The notes under the pieces: model-generated | Database searches by the model: none | Told to the model about the DNA's origin: nothing | The model's input: only the letters and a program-made list of their open reading frames with translations | Shown here: positions 1 through 9,782 of the stretch, piece by piece | How positions within the stretch are numbered: position 1 is the stretch's first letter | How the letters are laid out: every line of letters begins with the position of its first letter | NCBI RefSeq assembly: GCF_963974375.1 | Contig: NZ_CAXBDN010000001.1 | Location: 1-46,501 of the forward strand | Direction of reading: 5' to 3' | Origin: an uncultured Marinobacter sp. | Lineage (GTDB): Bacteria > Pseudomonadota > Gammaproteobacteria > Pseudomonadales > Oleiphilaceae | DNA: 46,501 bases | Made by a program: the position numbers and the translations under genes

Positions 1-1
1 T

Positions 2-598
2 GACGATGATGTTTTGCTGGCGATGTTGAAGCAACGTGGGCGCGATTGGTCCGAAGTCCGGCCGGAATGGGGACTGGCCAATAATGCGGCAATCGTTTTT
101 GCGAGGCGCGAACTGACCCGAAGCGTGGACCTTGGCGGACGGGTATTTCTTCATGAGTATGACCCGGACATGGATCCAAATGGCGACATCCTGGAAAGCC
201 TGCTCAGCGCGCCCATGGTTGTCGCCAACTGGATTAACCTGCAGTATTTTGCTTCGGTTACTTCACCCCAGACTTACGGATCCGGAAACAAACTGTTGCA
301 TTCGGTCATTGGTGGCAAGCTGGGCGTAATAGAGGGAAATGACCCGCAGCTGAGAATAGGGCTACCACTTCAGTCGGTCCATGATGGGCAGCACTGGCGC
401 CACGAGCCGGTTCGGCTTACGGTTTTGATTGATGCGCCGCGGCATCGAATCGAGCGCGTATTGCAACAGCGAAGCGAGGTCGCTGCCCTGGCTGAAAACC
501 AGTGGCTTTTTCTGTATCGACACACAGGAAATGGCGTCGAATGTTACCGGGAGGGGGCCTGGCACTCACCAACGGGAGGCAATGGATCGGGCTCCTGA
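2..598 (+). CDS. dabA: DUF2309/UPF0753 family protein (DabA-like inorganic carbon transporter subunit), 3' part; runs off the left edge
   Basis: Frame is open from position 2. C-terminal DUF2309 motifs DWSEVRPEWGLANNA, GRVFLHEYD, APMVVANWINLQY, GSGNKLLH, GLPLQSVHDG and HEPVRL are present. Confidence 0.85.
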   Translation, partial: DDDVLLAMLKQRGRDWSEVRPEWGLANNAAIVFARRELTRSVDLGGRVFLHEYDPDMDPNGDILESLLSAPMVVANWINLQYFASVTSPQTYGSGNKLLHSVIGGKLGVIEGNDPQLRIGLPLQSVHDGQHWRHEPVRLTVLIDAPRHRIERVLQQRSEVAALAENQWLFLYRHTGNGVECYREGAWHSPTGGNGSGS

Positions 599-607
599 GC
601 CCGATCC
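584..607. terminator. Hairpin overlapping the dabA stop codon (possible terminator, no U-tract)
   Basis: GGATCGGGCTC-ct-GAGCCCGATCC perfect inverted repeat between convergent genes. Confidence 0.45.
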
Positions 608-766
608 TCGGCAACGTTCGTCACAGGGGATGATTACCATTGCAAACGACTGCCTGAAGCCCCGGCAACTTTTCCGGCTCCTGCGGATGGGGTTCACGAA
701 TCCGGGTTATTGCAATATATGGACAATTTCAGCCTGTTCTGGTCTTCCCGACACTATGTCCTTTCA

Positions 767-3700
767 TTAACGCGCTCTCAACCATTCCTCCAATGGCTCG
801 ACGGCCATTGGCCGGGCGAACCAGTAACCCTGAAACAGTTCACAGCCAAAGCCCCGCAGTGCATCAAACTGGGCCCTGGTTTCTATGCCCTCAGCCACGG
901 CGATCAGATCCAGCTCATTGGCCAGAGCGATGACACCTTTGCACACGGCTGCATCTTTCTCATTCTCCGTGACGTCCTTGATAAAGCTGCGGTCAATCTT
1001 GATCTTGTCAATTGGCAGGGCGCGAAGGTAACTCAGGCTCGAAAAACCGGTACCAAAGTCATCTATGGCTGTTGCTATGCCCATGTCTCTCAGGGCATGA
1101 AGAATATCGACGGCGCCGTCGGTATCTTTCATCAGAATCCCTTCGGTGAGCTCCAGCTCCAGATGACGGGGCGGCAACCCCACCATGGTCAGCGCCTGCT
1201 GCAAGGTGGCAAGGAAACTGGACCGATGAAACTGGGTTGGCGAAAGGTTCACCGCCAGCCGGCCACTGAACAACCCTGCGTTGATCAGCTGAAGCGCATC
1301 GCTGCACGACTGTTCCAGCACCCAACGGCTGAGGGCGGTGATCTGCCCGGTCTCCTCAGCAATGGGAATAAACTGGGCGGGAGAGATGGCACCCTTTACC
1401 GGGTGATGCCACCGCACCAGTGCTTCGAGGCTCACCAGCTCGCCCTGGGCATCCAGTATCGGCTGGTAGTTCATATGAAGCTGATTGCCTTCAATGGCAT
1501 CCTGAAGGTCATTCTTGAGTGCTACCCGGCGCTGTAATTTACTGTCGAGATCACCGGTGAAACGCTGCCAGGTATTCCGGCCCATCTGTTTGGCCTTGTA
1601 CATGGCCATGTCAGCCTGCTGGATGAGTTTCTCCGGCGCGTCGGTGCCCGGTTCCAGAACCGCGATACCGACACTCGCTGAAATATGAAGTTCATGGGGG
1701 TTCACCCGATGGACCCGCTCAAGGGCTTCGATGACCCGTTCGGCCACAATCGCTGTTTCATCAGCGGTGGCCAGGTTTGGCAGCAGCAGCACAAATTCAT
1801 CACCGCCAAATCGAGCCAGGGTGTCGCTTGGCCGCAGTATGGATGACAGCCGCTCAGTCACGCTTCTGAGCAAAAGGTCGCCGACCTTGTGTCCGAGGGT
1901 GTCATTGATGGGTTTGAATTCGTCCAGATCCACAAACAGAACCGCCAGAATATGGCCTTGTCGTTTTGCCAGCTCAAAATCGTGCCTCAGGCGATCATTG
2001 AACAGAGCCCGGTTTGGCAGGCCCGTGAGCGCATCGTGGGTGGCCTGATAAGCCAGTCGGTTCTCCTGCTCCCGCTGCTCGGAGATATCCGTCATGATGG
2101 CCGCGAAGTGACTGATGCGACCGGACTCATCACGAACCGGGGCCATCGAGAGCTGATTCCAAAAGGGAGTGCCGCGCTGATGGTAGCTTTTGAGGGTTAT
2201 TTTCAGGGGCGCTCCGCGGCGTACGGCAGTTTTCACCTGTTTCAGGTCTTCCGGGTCAGTCCCCGGGCCGTCCAGTAACGTCGCTTTCTGACCGATCATC
2301 TCGGCCGCTGTGTAACCGGTAATTTTGGTGTAAGCGGCATTGACGTAAATCGTCTTCGCCGTGCCGGAGCGCACGTCGATAATCAACACCGCGTTGCGGC
2401 TGGCATCCAGGCTTCGGCGAAAGACCCGTTCCGACGCTTCGGCTCTGACCCGGCGGGTGACGTCCTTCGCAACTCCAAAAGCACCAGTGACCTTGCCATC
2501 CACCACAATGGGAATGAATGTAATATTGTAGTGAACCGGTTCTTCAGCGGGCGCACTGAGGGCCACGGAGAAGTTCTGGGGGTGCCCGGCCAAAGCGTTG
2601 CCAAACGCCGTTTCAAAGGACTCCTGATCATCCTCAGGCATCGCACCAGGCTGACCTATAATATCGCGGTAGTGCAATGGCTGCGTGTCCAGATCACCAT
2701 GCTCCACGATGGTCGCGCCCTGCGGATTGATTTCCCGATAGAAACCCCGGGTATCGAAGCCAAAAATGGCATCCGGGCTCTGGGTAAATAGCGAGCGAAA
2801 CTCCTGTTCCTTTATATTGAGTGCTTTGAGATGATCTTCCCGTACCGACAGGAGTGAGCGACTGATAATCAGCAGATAGCTGAACACCAGGCCCATCAGG
2901 ATGATCAGCAGTGGCAACTGCCCCCGCAGGGTACTGAGCCCTGGCTGATCGGCATAGACCCCGATATGTAACTGAAGACCTTCCGGAAGTTGCCTGACTG
3001 CCTGCCCATAGAGAATCTGGCCGGTCGTGTGCTCAGCCTCTGAGTCGTCAGACTGCGCGGATTGCGGCGTCATCAACGCAACGGCAACGTCAAACCGGTG
3101 ACCTCCCGATGGGAACAGGCCACTGAGCATGTCGTTAAGATCAAGGGAAGCCAGCAACAGATAGTCCGATCCATCACTGGCGGTCACCGATAGCAGTGCC
3201 TTGTGCCGATTGGACTTGTCCGGGATCAGCCAGCGGGTTTCTGACGGCTGGCCTGACCGCAGCCAGGCCTGGACCCGGGGTTCCGCAACCTGCTCGCTGC
3301 CCCATCGCTGGTATTCGGCATCCCCCGTGGCTTGCCAACGCATTGCGGCTTGCCCGTCAAACAGATAGAGCGCCGTCAGGGCAGAAATATCGTTAAAGTA
3401 AGCAGTTGAATCCTCGTCCAGCAAAGCGGGCGGGACGTCAAACTCAAGGCTCTGCCAGCGCCGCAGCATTCGTTCAAGAGCGGCCTCGTGCAATCGAATG
3501 CTCTTTTGCGCGAGTATGCTGACACTTTCGGCGAGCCGGGTTGCGGACCGGGTCCGCTCATCATGATGGGCCCAGCTGGCCACGGTGGCCAAAACAAACG
3601 TTAAGGCTACGGAGGCAACACCGGCGAAGATGGCAGCTGGTCTGGGTATCAGGCGGGTGGCAGCATACTTCCGTGCTGCCACCAGCAGAACGCCAACCGC

Positions 3701-3880
3701 AAGAAAAATAACGAAAGAACCGCCCCGGCCAAAGGCCAGGCTGCCGGGCAACTGCACCTTTGGCAACTGATCCAGGATCAGACCACTAAAGCCGACCAGG
3801 GCGCTGCTCGTCAGAAAGATAAGGAATAAGGCTTGCAGCCTGAGATCGCGCGGGGTTTCGGTCATCGAAAACTCGTACAT
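767..3880 (-). CDS. Membrane-anchored PAS-PAS-GGDEF-EAL diguanylate cyclase/phosphodiesterase
   Basis: N-terminal TM segments, a periplasmic region and two PAS domains. HDALTGLPNR, RPSD I-site, intact FGGDEF, EALVRW and DDFGTGFSSL. Confidence 0.92.
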   Translation of the reverse strand: MYEFSMTETPRDLRLQALFLIFLTSSALVGFSGLILDQLPKVQLPGSLAFGRGGSFVIFLAVGVLLVAARKYAATRLIPRPAAIFAGVASVALTFVLATVASWAHHDERTRSATRLAESVSILAQKSIRLHEAALERMLRRWQSLEFDVPPALLDEDSTAYFNDISALTALYLFDGQAAMRWQATGDAEYQRWGSEQVAEPRVQAWLRSGQPSETRWLIPDKSNRHKALLSVTASDGSDYLLLASLDLNDMLSGLFPSGGHRFDVAVALMTPQSAQSDDSEAEHTTGQILYGQAVRQLPEGLQLHIGVYADQPGLSTLRGQLPLLIILMGLVFSYLLIISRSLLSVREDHLKALNIKEQEFRSLFTQSPDAIFGFDTRGFYREINPQGATIVEHGDLDTQPLHYRDIIGQPGAMPEDDQESFETAFGNALAGHPQNFSVALSAPAEEPVHYNITFIPIVVDGKVTGAFGVAKDVTRRVRAEASERVFRRSLDASRNAVLIIDVRSGTAKTIYVNAAYTKITGYTAAEMIGQKATLLDGPGTDPEDLKQVKTAVRRGAPLKITLKSYHQRGTPFWNQLSMAPVRDESGRISHFAAIMTDISEQREQENRLAYQATHDALTGLPNRALFNDRLRHDFELAKRQGHILAVLFVDLDEFKPINDTLGHKVGDLLLRSVTERLSSILRPSDTLARFGGDEFVLLLPNLATADETAIVAERVIEALERVHRVNPHELHISASVGIAVLEPGTDAPEKLIQQADMAMYKAKQMGRNTWQRFTGDLDSKLQRRVALKNDLQDAIEGNQLHMNYQPILDAQGELVSLEALVRWHHPVKGAISPAQFIPIAEETGQITALSRWVLEQSCSDALQLINAGLFSGRLAVNLSPTQFHRSSFLATLQQALTMVGLPPRHLELELTEGILMKDTDGAVDILHALRDMGIATAIDDFGTGFSSLSYLRALPIDKIKIDRSFIKDVTENEKDAAVCKGVIALANELDLIAVAEGIETRAQFDALRGFGCELFQGYWFARPMAVEPLEEWLRAR

Positions 3881-4266
3881 CTACCGTCGAGCTGAAAGAC
3901 TCCCTCCATACTCACGCATCGAATGACGTCATACCAAAGCTGCCTGCTTCGGGTAAGCCGCCTATCATTGGACCTGAGTGAATAACATGCAATAGGTTAT
4001 TGCCGCTCTCGTGGCGAGGTCCATGTTAAAGGTTGTAAAACATGAAACAGATTAATGTCTTTTCGTTATCTTTCGGGTCAGCGAACCCCATGTCCTTGGG
4101 AATCACTCCCTCCCGTCACATGCAGAAGCCATTGAGAAGGCGGTTTCAAGGTGTTTATACTCGACAGCCTAGGCATGAAGTCTGTGAACCGCAGTCAGAA
4201 AAACAAGAATCGTCGACGCCGGCAACAGCGTGGCATCGACTCCATAAACATACACAAGGCTTATTG

Positions 4267-4944
4267 ATGAAACTCGATCAGGCAATTCAGGAGCGTCGCT
4301 CCATCCGCGGGTTTACAAACGACCCGATTCCCCGTGAACTGCTGGAAGAAGTAATCGCACTGGCAAACCGCGCACCCTCCTCCATGAACACCCAGCCCTG
4401 GCACCTTCATGTACTGACCGGCGAACCGCTGGAGCGGGTCCGTCAGGGCAACACCGAAAGAATGCTTGGTGGCGTACCCCCTACCCGTGAAATCGAGGAT
4501 TACGGTGCCTACGAGGGTGAACATCGCAAACGCCAGGTGGAAATCGCAGTACAACTGTTCGAGGCCATGGGTATCGAACGGGATGATAAAGAGCGTCGTC
4601 AGGACTGGGTCATGCGGGGTTTTCGTCAGTTTGATGCGCCCGTTTCCATTGTGGTCTGCTTTGACCGGGACCTGCTGAACAACACTATCGCTCACTTTGA
4701 CACCGGTGCCATGACCTACGGTCTGGTACTGGCCGCCTGGAGCCGGGGCCTTGGTGCGGTCATTAACGGTCAGGGCATCATGCAGAGCCCGGTGGTGCGG
4801 GAAGTGGCTAACATTCCCGAAGACCAGGTCATTCTCACCTGCGTCGCCCTAGGCTGGCCGGATGAGGAGTTTGTAGCCAACTCGGTGATCTCCCGCCGGC
4901 GCCCGGTGAGCAATACGGCACGCTTCGTCGGCTTCGAAGAGTAA
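4267..4944 (+). CDS. Nitroreductase family protein
   Basis: MKLDQAIQERRSIRGF, RAPSSMNTQPWH, FDAPV and DTGAM..LVLAAWSRGLG motifs. Start moved to ATG 4267, which follows AAGG. Confidence 0.9.
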   Translation: MKLDQAIQERRSIRGFTNDPIPRELLEEVIALANRAPSSMNTQPWHLHVLTGEPLERVRQGNTERMLGGVPPTREIEDYGAYEGEHRKRQVEIAVQLFEAMGIERDDKERRQDWVMRGFRQFDAPVSIVVCFDRDLLNNTIAHFDTGAMTYGLVLAAWSRGLGAVINGQGIMQSPVVREVANIPEDQVILTCVALGWPDEEFVANSVISRRRPVSNTARFVGFEE

Positions 4945-4960
4945 ACAATTCAAGGCCTGA

Positions 4961-5440
4961 ATGATCATGGAATCGATCATCACAGCGTTTGCAACCGGGT
5001 TCGGCCTGGGTTATTCACCCTGGCTGCCCGGCACGATCGGGGCGCTGCCAGGCCTGCTGCTGGCCTGGGTGATTCTCCGCCAGTCCCGACGGCGACAGGT
5101 CCTGAGCGTGCTCTTTCTGATCGTTCTGGCGGTGCCGGTTTGTCACATTACCTCCAACACCCTTGGTGGCAAGGACGACTCGCGGATTGTTGCTGACGAA
5201 TTCCTCCTGTTTCCCGCGGCCGTGGCACTCCAGTCTGCTGCGCGCCATCCTGCCGTGCTGCTCGGCACCTTCGCGGTCAGTCGGGTAATGGATGGACTGA
5301 AACCTCCACCGGCGGCACAGGCAGAGGGCTTTGCCGGTGGCCTGGGCATTGTGCTGGATGACCTGATCGCCAATATTTACCTGTGGCTTCTGCTGGCGGC
5401 TGGTATCGCGGGACAGAGGCGAATCAGCAAGCACAGGTAA
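4961..5440 (+). CDS. pgpA: Phosphatidylglycerophosphatase A family protein
   Basis: GFGLGYSPWLPGTIGAL, KDDSRIVADEF, RVMDGLKPPP and GGLGIVLDDLIA motifs. Confidence 0.85.
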   Translation: MIMESIITAFATGFGLGYSPWLPGTIGALPGLLLAWVILRQSRRRQVLSVLFLIVLAVPVCHITSNTLGGKDDSRIVADEFLLFPAAVALQSAARHPAVLLGTFAVSRVMDGLKPPPAAQAEGFAGGLGIVLDDLIANIYLWLLLAAGIAGQRRISKHR

Positions 5441-5491
5441 TTAAATCCGCTCCAGTTCCTTGCCGGAGCCCCGGGTAGCAAACCAGTCCTT

Positions 5492-5507
5492 TCAAACGAT
5501 CGTATGA
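5492..5507. promoter_or_regulatory. PsrA-like operator upstream of acyl-CoA dehydrogenase
   Basis: TCAAAC-GATC-GTATGA, one mismatch from the CAAAC-N4-GTTTG PsrA palindrome, about 35 bp before the ATG. Confidence 0.55.
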
Positions 5508-5540
5508 GCCCTCTGATGCCAACAAGCCAGCGAGGTTCAT

Positions 5541-7313
5541 ATGCCCTACCAAGCCCCCACCAACGATCTGAAATTTCTGCTGTTTGACGTACTGGGCGTT
5601 GACCGCCTCAGTGAACTGGATACCTACACCGACGCCACCAGGGATCTGATTGAAGCCATTCTTGGAGAGGCCGGCAAAGTCTCGGCGGAAGTCCTGGCAC
5701 CGACCAACCAGGACGGCGACCGGATTGGCTGCCAGTTTGATCCGGAGACCAAGAGTGTCACCACGCCCCCCAGCTTCAAACCGGCCTACCGTCAGTTTGT
5801 TGAAGGCGGCTGGACTGCGCTGGACTCGCCGGTGGCCCACGGCGGCCAGGGTCTGCCCCATACTCTCAAGTTTGTGGTGGATGAGATGGTCTGCTCCACC
5901 AACCTGTCACTGGGCATGTACGCAGGCCTCACCCACGGCGCCATCTCCGCGCTGTATGCCCACGGCTCCGATGAGCTCAGGAACACCTATCTGGAAAAGC
6001 TGATCAGCGGCGAATGGACCGGCACCATGTGCCTGACCGAGCCCCAGTGCGGCACCGACCTGGGCCTGATCCGCACCCGCGCCACGCCAAAGGAGGACGG
6101 CAGCTACGCCATCGAGGGCACCAAGATCTGGATCACCGGCGGTGAGCATGACCTGGTGGATAACATCGTGCACCTGGTGCTGGCCAAGCTGCCCGGAGCA
6201 CCGGACACCACCAAGGGCATCTCGCTGTTCCTGGTGCCCAAGTTTCTGCCCGATGGCGCTCGCAACCCCGCCTTCTGTGGCGGCCTTGAGCACAAGATGG
6301 GCATCAAGGGCTCCGCCACCTGCGTGATGAATTTCGAAGGCGCCACCGGCTGGCTGGTGGGCGAGCCCAACAACGGCATGGCCTCCATGTTCACCATGAT
6401 GAACGAAGCCCGGCTAATGGTGGGTATGCAGGGCCTGGGGCTGGCCGAGCGGGCCTACCAGGAGAGCCTCGCCTTCGCCCGGGAGCGCCTGCAAAGCCGT
6501 TCCCTCAGTGGCCCGAAAAATCCCGATGGCCCGGCGGATCCGATCATCGTGCACCCGGATGTCCGCCGCATGCTGATGCAGCAGAAGGTCATGAACGAAG
6601 GCATGCGGGCAATGGCCCTGTTCACCGGTCATCAACTGGATCTGTCCGTCGCTCACCCGGACGCTGATCACCGCGAGCGGGCCGACGACCTGGTGCAGCT
6701 GTTAACTCCGGTGGTGAAAGCGTTCCTGACCGATGAAGGTTCTGCCAATGCCAACATCGGCCTGCAGGTGCTTGGTGGCTCCGGTTTCACCACGGACTGG
6801 CCTCTGGAGCAACTGGTGCGGGACGGCCGTATTGCCCGTATCTACGAAGGCACCAATGGCATTCAGGCCATGGACCTGGTGGGTCGCAAGCTCCGCCTCA
6901 AGGGCGGCCAGCTTTTTGCGAACCTGTTTCAGGAGCTCACCGGCTACCTCGAAGCAACCCCCGATGCGCCGCATCAGGCAGCGCTGAAGGATGCTATTGC
7001 ATCACTGCAGGAAGCAACCCAATGGCTGGCCAAAATGGCACCACAGGACCCGGAGCAGGCCGGTGCCGCTGCCACACCCTATCTGCGCCTGACGGCGTTG
7101 ACGGTGATCGCTTACCTGTGGTCACGGATGGCGGCAACGGCCCAGGCCGGCATTGATTCCGGAGAAGGCAATCAGCGGTTGTTCGAGAGCAAGCTGGTCA
7201 GCGCACGGTACTTCATGGAGCGAGTACTGCCGGAACATCAGTTGCTGAAGCTGGATATTATCAGCGGCAAGGACAGCATCATGGCCTTCGAGGACGATCA
7301 CTGGGCTGCCTGA
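5541..7313 (+). CDS. Acyl-CoA dehydrogenase (about 600 aa, DmdC/PA0506-like group)
   Basis: GTMCLTEPQCGTDLG, GTKIWITGGEHD, EHKMGIKGSATC, HPDVRRML and RIARIYEGTNGIQAMDL. Confidence 0.93.
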   Translation: MPYQAPTNDLKFLLFDVLGVDRLSELDTYTDATRDLIEAILGEAGKVSAEVLAPTNQDGDRIGCQFDPETKSVTTPPSFKPAYRQFVEGGWTALDSPVAHGGQGLPHTLKFVVDEMVCSTNLSLGMYAGLTHGAISALYAHGSDELRNTYLEKLISGEWTGTMCLTEPQCGTDLGLIRTRATPKEDGSYAIEGTKIWITGGEHDLVDNIVHLVLAKLPGAPDTTKGISLFLVPKFLPDGARNPAFCGGLEHKMGIKGSATCVMNFEGATGWLVGEPNNGMASMFTMMNEARLMVGMQGLGLAERAYQESLAFARERLQSRSLSGPKNPDGPADPIIVHPDVRRMLMQQKVMNEGMRAMALFTGHQLDLSVAHPDADHRERADDLVQLLTPVVKAFLTDEGSANANIGLQVLGGSGFTTDWPLEQLVRDGRIARIYEGTNGIQAMDLVGRKLRLKGGQLFANLFQELTGYLEATPDAPHQAALKDAIASLQEATQWLAKMAPQDPEQAGAAATPYLRLTALTVIAYLWSRMAATAQAGIDSGEGNQRLFESKLVSARYFMERVLPEHQLLKLDIISGKDSIMAFEDDHWAA

Positions 7314-7327
7314 ATCTGGTGATCGCT

Positions 7328-7353
7328 ACCCTGCAGCACCGATGCTGCAGGGT
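7328..7353. terminator. Hairpin between convergent genes
   Basis: ACCCTGCAGCA-ccga-TGCTGCAGGGT. Confidence 0.5.
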
Positions 7354-7370
7354 CCGACCAAAGCCCTCAT

Positions 7371-7643
7371 TCAGCGCGGTTTGTATTGAGTGGGGCAGTA
7401 ACCTCGCAGCACCCCGGCCGGACGCAAGGCCAAATGCTTGGTTCTGCGCCCGCTGACCCGCTGGCGCCAAAGCCTGAAGCTACGACCCTTGAGTTGACGC
7501 CGCATCAGCCCGATCACCGCTTTCTCGTCCAGACCGTAGGTCGCTGCGATCGCCTCGAAAGGTGTGCGATCTTCCCAGGCCATTTCGATCACCCGGGAAA
7601 GGTCGGCGTCGTCCAGTGCGGATGGCAAAGGCATCAAGCTCAC
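7371..7643 (-). CDS. TIGR03643 (DUF2805) family protein
   Basis: SRVIEMAWEDRTPFEAI..YGL.EK.VI.LMRR.LK..SFRLWR.RV.GR.TKH signature. The start may instead be ATG 7634. Confidence 0.88.
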   Translation of the reverse strand: MSLMPLPSALDDADLSRVIEMAWEDRTPFEAIAATYGLDEKAVIGLMRRQLKGRSFRLWRQRVSGRRTKHLALRPAGVLRGYCPTQYKPR

Positions 7644-7649
7644 TCAGGC

Positions 7650-9374
7650 TCACCCGTCTATTTTGGCAAGGGAAGCCGCCAGGGCTTCAACCCGCTGATT
7701 GGTCTCGCCAACCAGGGTATCAATTTCACCCGCCGACACACTGGACTTGCGCGCCAGTGTTCGCACCTCGTCGGCCACCACCGCAAAACCGCGCCCGGCT
7801 TCGCCGGCCCGGGCCGCCTCGATGGTCGCGTTCAGGGCCAGCAGGTTGGTCTGATCGGCAATGGTATTGATGGTTGAGAGTATGCCGCTGATCTTGCTGC
7901 TTACCTGTAGTACGGAGTCCATGGCCTCCTGGGTCTCATTGAGCGCCAGATGCCGGTCCGTGATATCGATACCGAAGAGCACATAACAACGCACATCACC
8001 GTTGAAGTGCTTCAGGGCCACCACCTGGTAGTCCAGTGCAAGTGGCGGCATGCCTGCCAGCTCAACGGAATCCCTGCCGCTGAACTCTGCAGTGGTTCGC
8101 AGGGCATTCAGATTATCAGTGGTCAGCTTCGACCAGAGCGCCCTGGCAACCTGAGTGACCTTGTCGTTGCTTTCGTATTTGTCATGCATCAGCGTGTTGG
8201 CGGACAGGAAGCTGCCATCCGGATTGAACTCCATGGTGATCATGGACCGTTCAATAGCCTCCAGACGCCGGGTGAAGTCGACGGTCTCCTGCTTGCTCCG
8301 GGTAATATCAGCTTCTACCGAAATAAACCGCTCCACCCGGCCACGCTCATCGAATACCGGTGCGATGGAAAGCGACACCCAGTAGGGTGTGCCGTTTTTA
8401 TGGTAATTGAGGATTTCGGTGTAAAAGGGCTCCTGCCGGTCCAGGTGATAGCGGATGTTTTTAATGGTTTCAGGATCGGTGTCCTTGCCCTGCAGCATCG
8501 GTCCGGGCTTCTTGCCCCGGGCCTCTTCCAGGCTGTACCCGGTCAGTTTTTCGAAGCCGGCGTTGATGTACTCGATCTTGCCATCGGCATCCGTAATGAT
8601 AATGCCGCTGTTGGCCTGATCAGCCACCAGCGACAGCATCTCCATTTTTTCCCGCTTTTCCACTTCTTCGGTCACGTCTTTGATGAACGCGGTATAGGTA
8701 ATGCGACCGTCAAACTCGATTTTACTGATGGCGGCCTGGCCCCAGAGCCAGCTACCGTCCTTGCGTTGTACGTTGAGCTCCTTGTAACTGCCGACAATCC
8801 GGTTTTCGCCGGTCTTGCGGTTTCGATTTACAAAACCGTCGTGCTGGGACTGGATGCTCTTGGGCACCAGCATTTTCACGTTATTGCCCAGAACCTCCGA
8901 CCGGTTATAGCCCCACACTGTTTCGGCAGCCTTGTTAAAGAAGGTGACGTTATTGTTTTCGTCGATGGACACCACCGCATCCATCGCCTGTTCCAGAGTC
9001 TGGTTCATCATTTCCCGGGCGTAACGCTCGCTGGTGATATTGCGTACGAAGACCGTGCGCTTCCGGGACTGACTGCCCGGCTCTTGCGACGCGGCCAGCT
9101 CGGCCCAGAAAGCCCGCCCGCTGGCACCGGTCAGTTGCACTTCCCTTGGCCGGCCATTGGCGCCAATGACAGCGTGAAGATCCGACGCAGGAAACAGACG
9201 GGAGGACGGTTGGCCAACGACGTCAGCCCGGTTGTACCCCCACAACTGCTCTGCTGCTGCATTAAAGAAAGTGACCTGGCCCTGCTCATTGACGGAAACA
9301 ATCGCATGGGGCGCCTGCTCCAAAGCACGGACGTGCTGAGACTGCGAAAACAAGCGTGAAAATAGACGAAGCAT
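7650..9374 (-). CDS. Soluble multi-PAS methyl-accepting chemotaxis protein with a short signalling domain
   Basis: No TM helix and 3-4 PAS repeats. [34 protein letters not shown] hairpin tip lies near the C-terminus. Confidence 0.9.
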   Translation of the reverse strand: MLRLFSRLFSQSQHVRALEQAPHAIVSVNEQGQVTFFNAAAEQLWGYNRADVVGQPSSRLFPASDLHAVIGANGRPREVQLTGASGRAFWAELAASQEPGSQSRKRTVFVRNITSERYAREMMNQTLEQAMDAVVSIDENNNVTFFNKAAETVWGYNRSEVLGNNVKMLVPKSIQSQHDGFVNRNRKTGENRIVGSYKELNVQRKDGSWLWGQAAISKIEFDGRITYTAFIKDVTEEVEKREKMEMLSLVADQANSGIIITDADGKIEYINAGFEKLTGYSLEEARGKKPGPMLQGKDTDPETIKNIRYHLDRQEPFYTEILNYHKNGTPYWVSLSIAPVFDERGRVERFISVEADITRSKQETVDFTRRLEAIERSMITMEFNPDGSFLSANTLMHDKYESNDKVTQVARALWSKLTTDNLNALRTTAEFSGRDSVELAGMPPLALDYQVVALKHFNGDVRCYVLFGIDITDRHLALNETQEAMDSVLQVSSKISGILSTINTIADQTNLLALNATIEAARAGEAGRGFAVVADEVRTLARKSSVSAGEIDTLVGETNQRVEALAASLAKIDG

Positions 9375-9465
9375 AAAAGGTGAATCCTGTGCCGGGGGCA
9401 GCCGGGCTGGCTGTAGTGTGCCGATTTCGAAAACAGGTCGGAGAACATTGAATCGTTGTCAACGG

Positions 9466-9492
9466 GTATCGGCTTGACGGCTAAAAACGTTA
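9466..9492 (-). promoter_or_regulatory. Sigma28 (FliA) promoter of the PAS-MCP
   Basis: Minus strand reads TAACGTTT-N11-GCCGATAC, against consensus TAAAGTTT-N11-GCCGATAA. Confidence 0.75.
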
Positions 9493-9724
9493 GCCACTTT
9501 TACGGATAAAGGTCATGGAGCGGTTCATCGGGCGCGGTAAAAAATGTCTTAACAACCTGCCATTGAACCCGGCTCAAAGAGTCTGAATCAGCATCGGAAT
9601 GGCGCAGGCCAGCTGCGAATGCACACTAAAGAGTCACTTTTAACCGGCCCTGCTCTCTCCGCCGACCACCCAAGTCCCTTCCGGATACCCGCCCCCGCTG
9701 TACTCAAACCACTCTGGCAAGGAA

Positions 9725-9740
9725 TGGCATTTTATTTGCT
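9725..9740 (+). promoter_or_regulatory. Sigma54 -24/-12 promoter of the SDR-oxygenase operon
   Basis: TGGCATTTTATTTGCT with exact GG-N10-GC spacing, about 40 bp before the start codon. Confidence 0.65.
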
Positions 9741-9771
9741 AGCAATATTTTGATATTTGCTAGCAAATAAA
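9731..9771. promoter_or_regulatory. Tandem palindromic operator pair
   Basis: Two TTGCTAGCAA palindromes with centres 21 bp apart. The second extends to the perfect 16-mer TATTTGCTAGCAAATA. Confidence 0.7.
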
Positions 9772-9782
9772 GGAGCTGTCCC

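Noticed and set aside
2100-2400. LOV blue-light sensor in the GGDEF-EAL protein (and in PAS3 of the MCP)
   Set aside because: The NCRFLQ cysteine is absent (GQKATLLDG and [10 protein letters not shown]), so a canonical photocycle is unsupported.
3920-4045. Short palindromes ATGACGTCAT and AATAAC-N9-GTTATT in the divergent intergenic region
   Set aside because: They are single short occurrences that could arise by chance, and no cognate regulator is evident.
4042-4266. N-terminal extensions in the ORF track (nitroreductase, oxygenase, both TetRs, DctP, CYP102, TatC, DUF4112)
   Set aside because: Downstream ATGs match the family N-termini and most have an RBS. The extensions cross promoters or other genes.
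7950-9359. Long antisense ORFs (7950-9359, 710-1537, 23082-24263, 29658-30614, 35751-36650, 40800-41621 and others)
   Set aside because: They are shadow frames opposite well-supported genes in GC-rich DNA and have no recognisable motifs.
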